From the human T2T-CHM13v2.0 reference genome, Homo sapiens, in NCBI RefSeq assembly GCF_009914755.1, contig NC_060947.1: a stretch of DNA of 64,000 bases; one strand, 5' to 3'. Below the pieces are notes generated by a model. The model made no database searches and was not told the DNA's origin. It was given only the letters and a program-made list of their open reading frames with translations. This document shows positions 62,945 to 64,000 of the stretch, piece after piece. Position numbers and translations under genes: made by a program. Every line of letters begins with the position of its first letter. The stretch's first letter is position 1.

Positions 62945-64000
62945 TCCAGGTTCAGCAGAGGGGAGGACTGCTGGCCAGGGCCTTTGATATGCTGCTTCAG
63001 TGAGGGGATCCATTGCCGCCACCCTGCTTGCTGCCTTCCTGGGTGCCACTCCCCCAGTGAGTCCAACATGACATGCTCCTCTCAGGCTCTTGAATGCTGC
63101 TCTGAGCAGTGTCACCCTTTACACTAGAAAGCTGTCAGAAACTATGGGGGAAAAATAAAACAAGAAGGAAATAGAGGAGGTGCTAGAAGAGGAGGAAGAA
63201 AATTATGTGGTGGAGAACATTGTTGACTGTAACTGGTAAAGAGCAAAGTGGAGCACCTCCTAAAGTGGAAGAGTTTCTTAGATGAGGATGACTCCTGGGA
63301 GCCAGAAGAGAACCTGGATTGTGCGACCTCATTGCTGAGTTTCTACAGCCACAGAAAATAGCACCTGAGACAGATAGATCAGAAAGAGGCAAGTGCAAAG
63401 CTTATTCTCATTCTGAAGATAAGGGAGAGGAGAGCAAACCAGAGAAGAAAGAAGAGTCAGAAAAGCCACGAGGCTTTGCTGGGCTTTGGAGCTGAGCAGA
63501 TTATTGGAGCTACAGACTCCAGTGGAGAGCTCATGTTCCTGATGAAATGGGAAAACTCTGATGAGGCTGACCTCGTCCCCGTCAAGGAAGCCAATGTCAA
63601 GTGCCCACAGGTTGTCATATCCTTCTATGAGGAAAGGCTGATGTGGGCATTCCTACCTCAGGAGGGCAATGGCAAAAAAAGATGGCAAGAATTACTTCTC
63701 CTGAGCACCAGCCCCTGTCACTTCTGGCTGGGAGTTTCAAGTGGGGAGAGAAGGGGTTAAGACTTGTGTTGACATCACAGAGGTGGCTTGAGAAGATGTC
63801 CTTTGAAGAGCCAGTATAGTCTCTGTGTCCTGCAGCAGGCCAAGTGCTTCAAAACTGTTCCCAGCTGTGTAGCTTGCACATGGTTCCAGTGGAGGGGAAG
63901 CGGGATAAGTGTTTCAAGGCAACCTTTGTTGCACTTTGCTGAGAAAAGCAAAGGGCTTTCTATGAAGGAGAAAACTTGCAGAATTGGGTGTGTGAGAGAG
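62945..64000 (+). pseudogene. CBX1: Processed pseudogene of CBX1 (HP1-beta); former CDS about 63144-63695, with 5'UTR and 3'UTR (continues past the window)
   Basis: Intronless and colinear with CBX1: [76 protein letters not shown] at codon 5 and several frameshifts. The symbol is the parent gene; which CBX1P locus this is cannot be determined here. Confidence 0.93.

Noticed and set aside
63476-63760. 94-aa HP1-like ORF as a functional CDS
   Set aside because: It starts at TTG inside a disabled, intronless retrocopy; reported as a pseudogene.

Overview
Hominoid (human-like, since SVA elements are present) intergenic or intronic DNA, dominated by transposable elements, with no intact cellular protein-coding gene that I can support. 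Main contents: two co-oriented 5'-truncated L1PA3-like elements (1.1 kb and 4.6 kb, minus strand); a near full-length decayed L1MA-age element (about 34.3-42.45 kb) nested in an L2; a full-length SVA_B/C and a truncated SVA_A; a complete THE1 MaLR provirus; about 14 Alu-family elements; many old MLT/MST/LTR16/LTR33, MIR, L2, L3, Tigger and MER fragments; and a processed CBX1 (HP1-beta) pseudogene that runs off the right edge. Almost all ORFs in the track are repeat-derived. I found no evidence of a new biological system. The best leads are local: two neighbouring L1s sharing non-consensus variants, a monomer-like tandem structure in an old L1 5'UTR, a CTCF site with its upstream motif, a TSD-less SVA junction, and uneven decay of the CBX1 retrocopy. 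Subfamily names come from recalled consensus sequences, not from a RepeatMasker run, and boundaries of old repeats are approximate.
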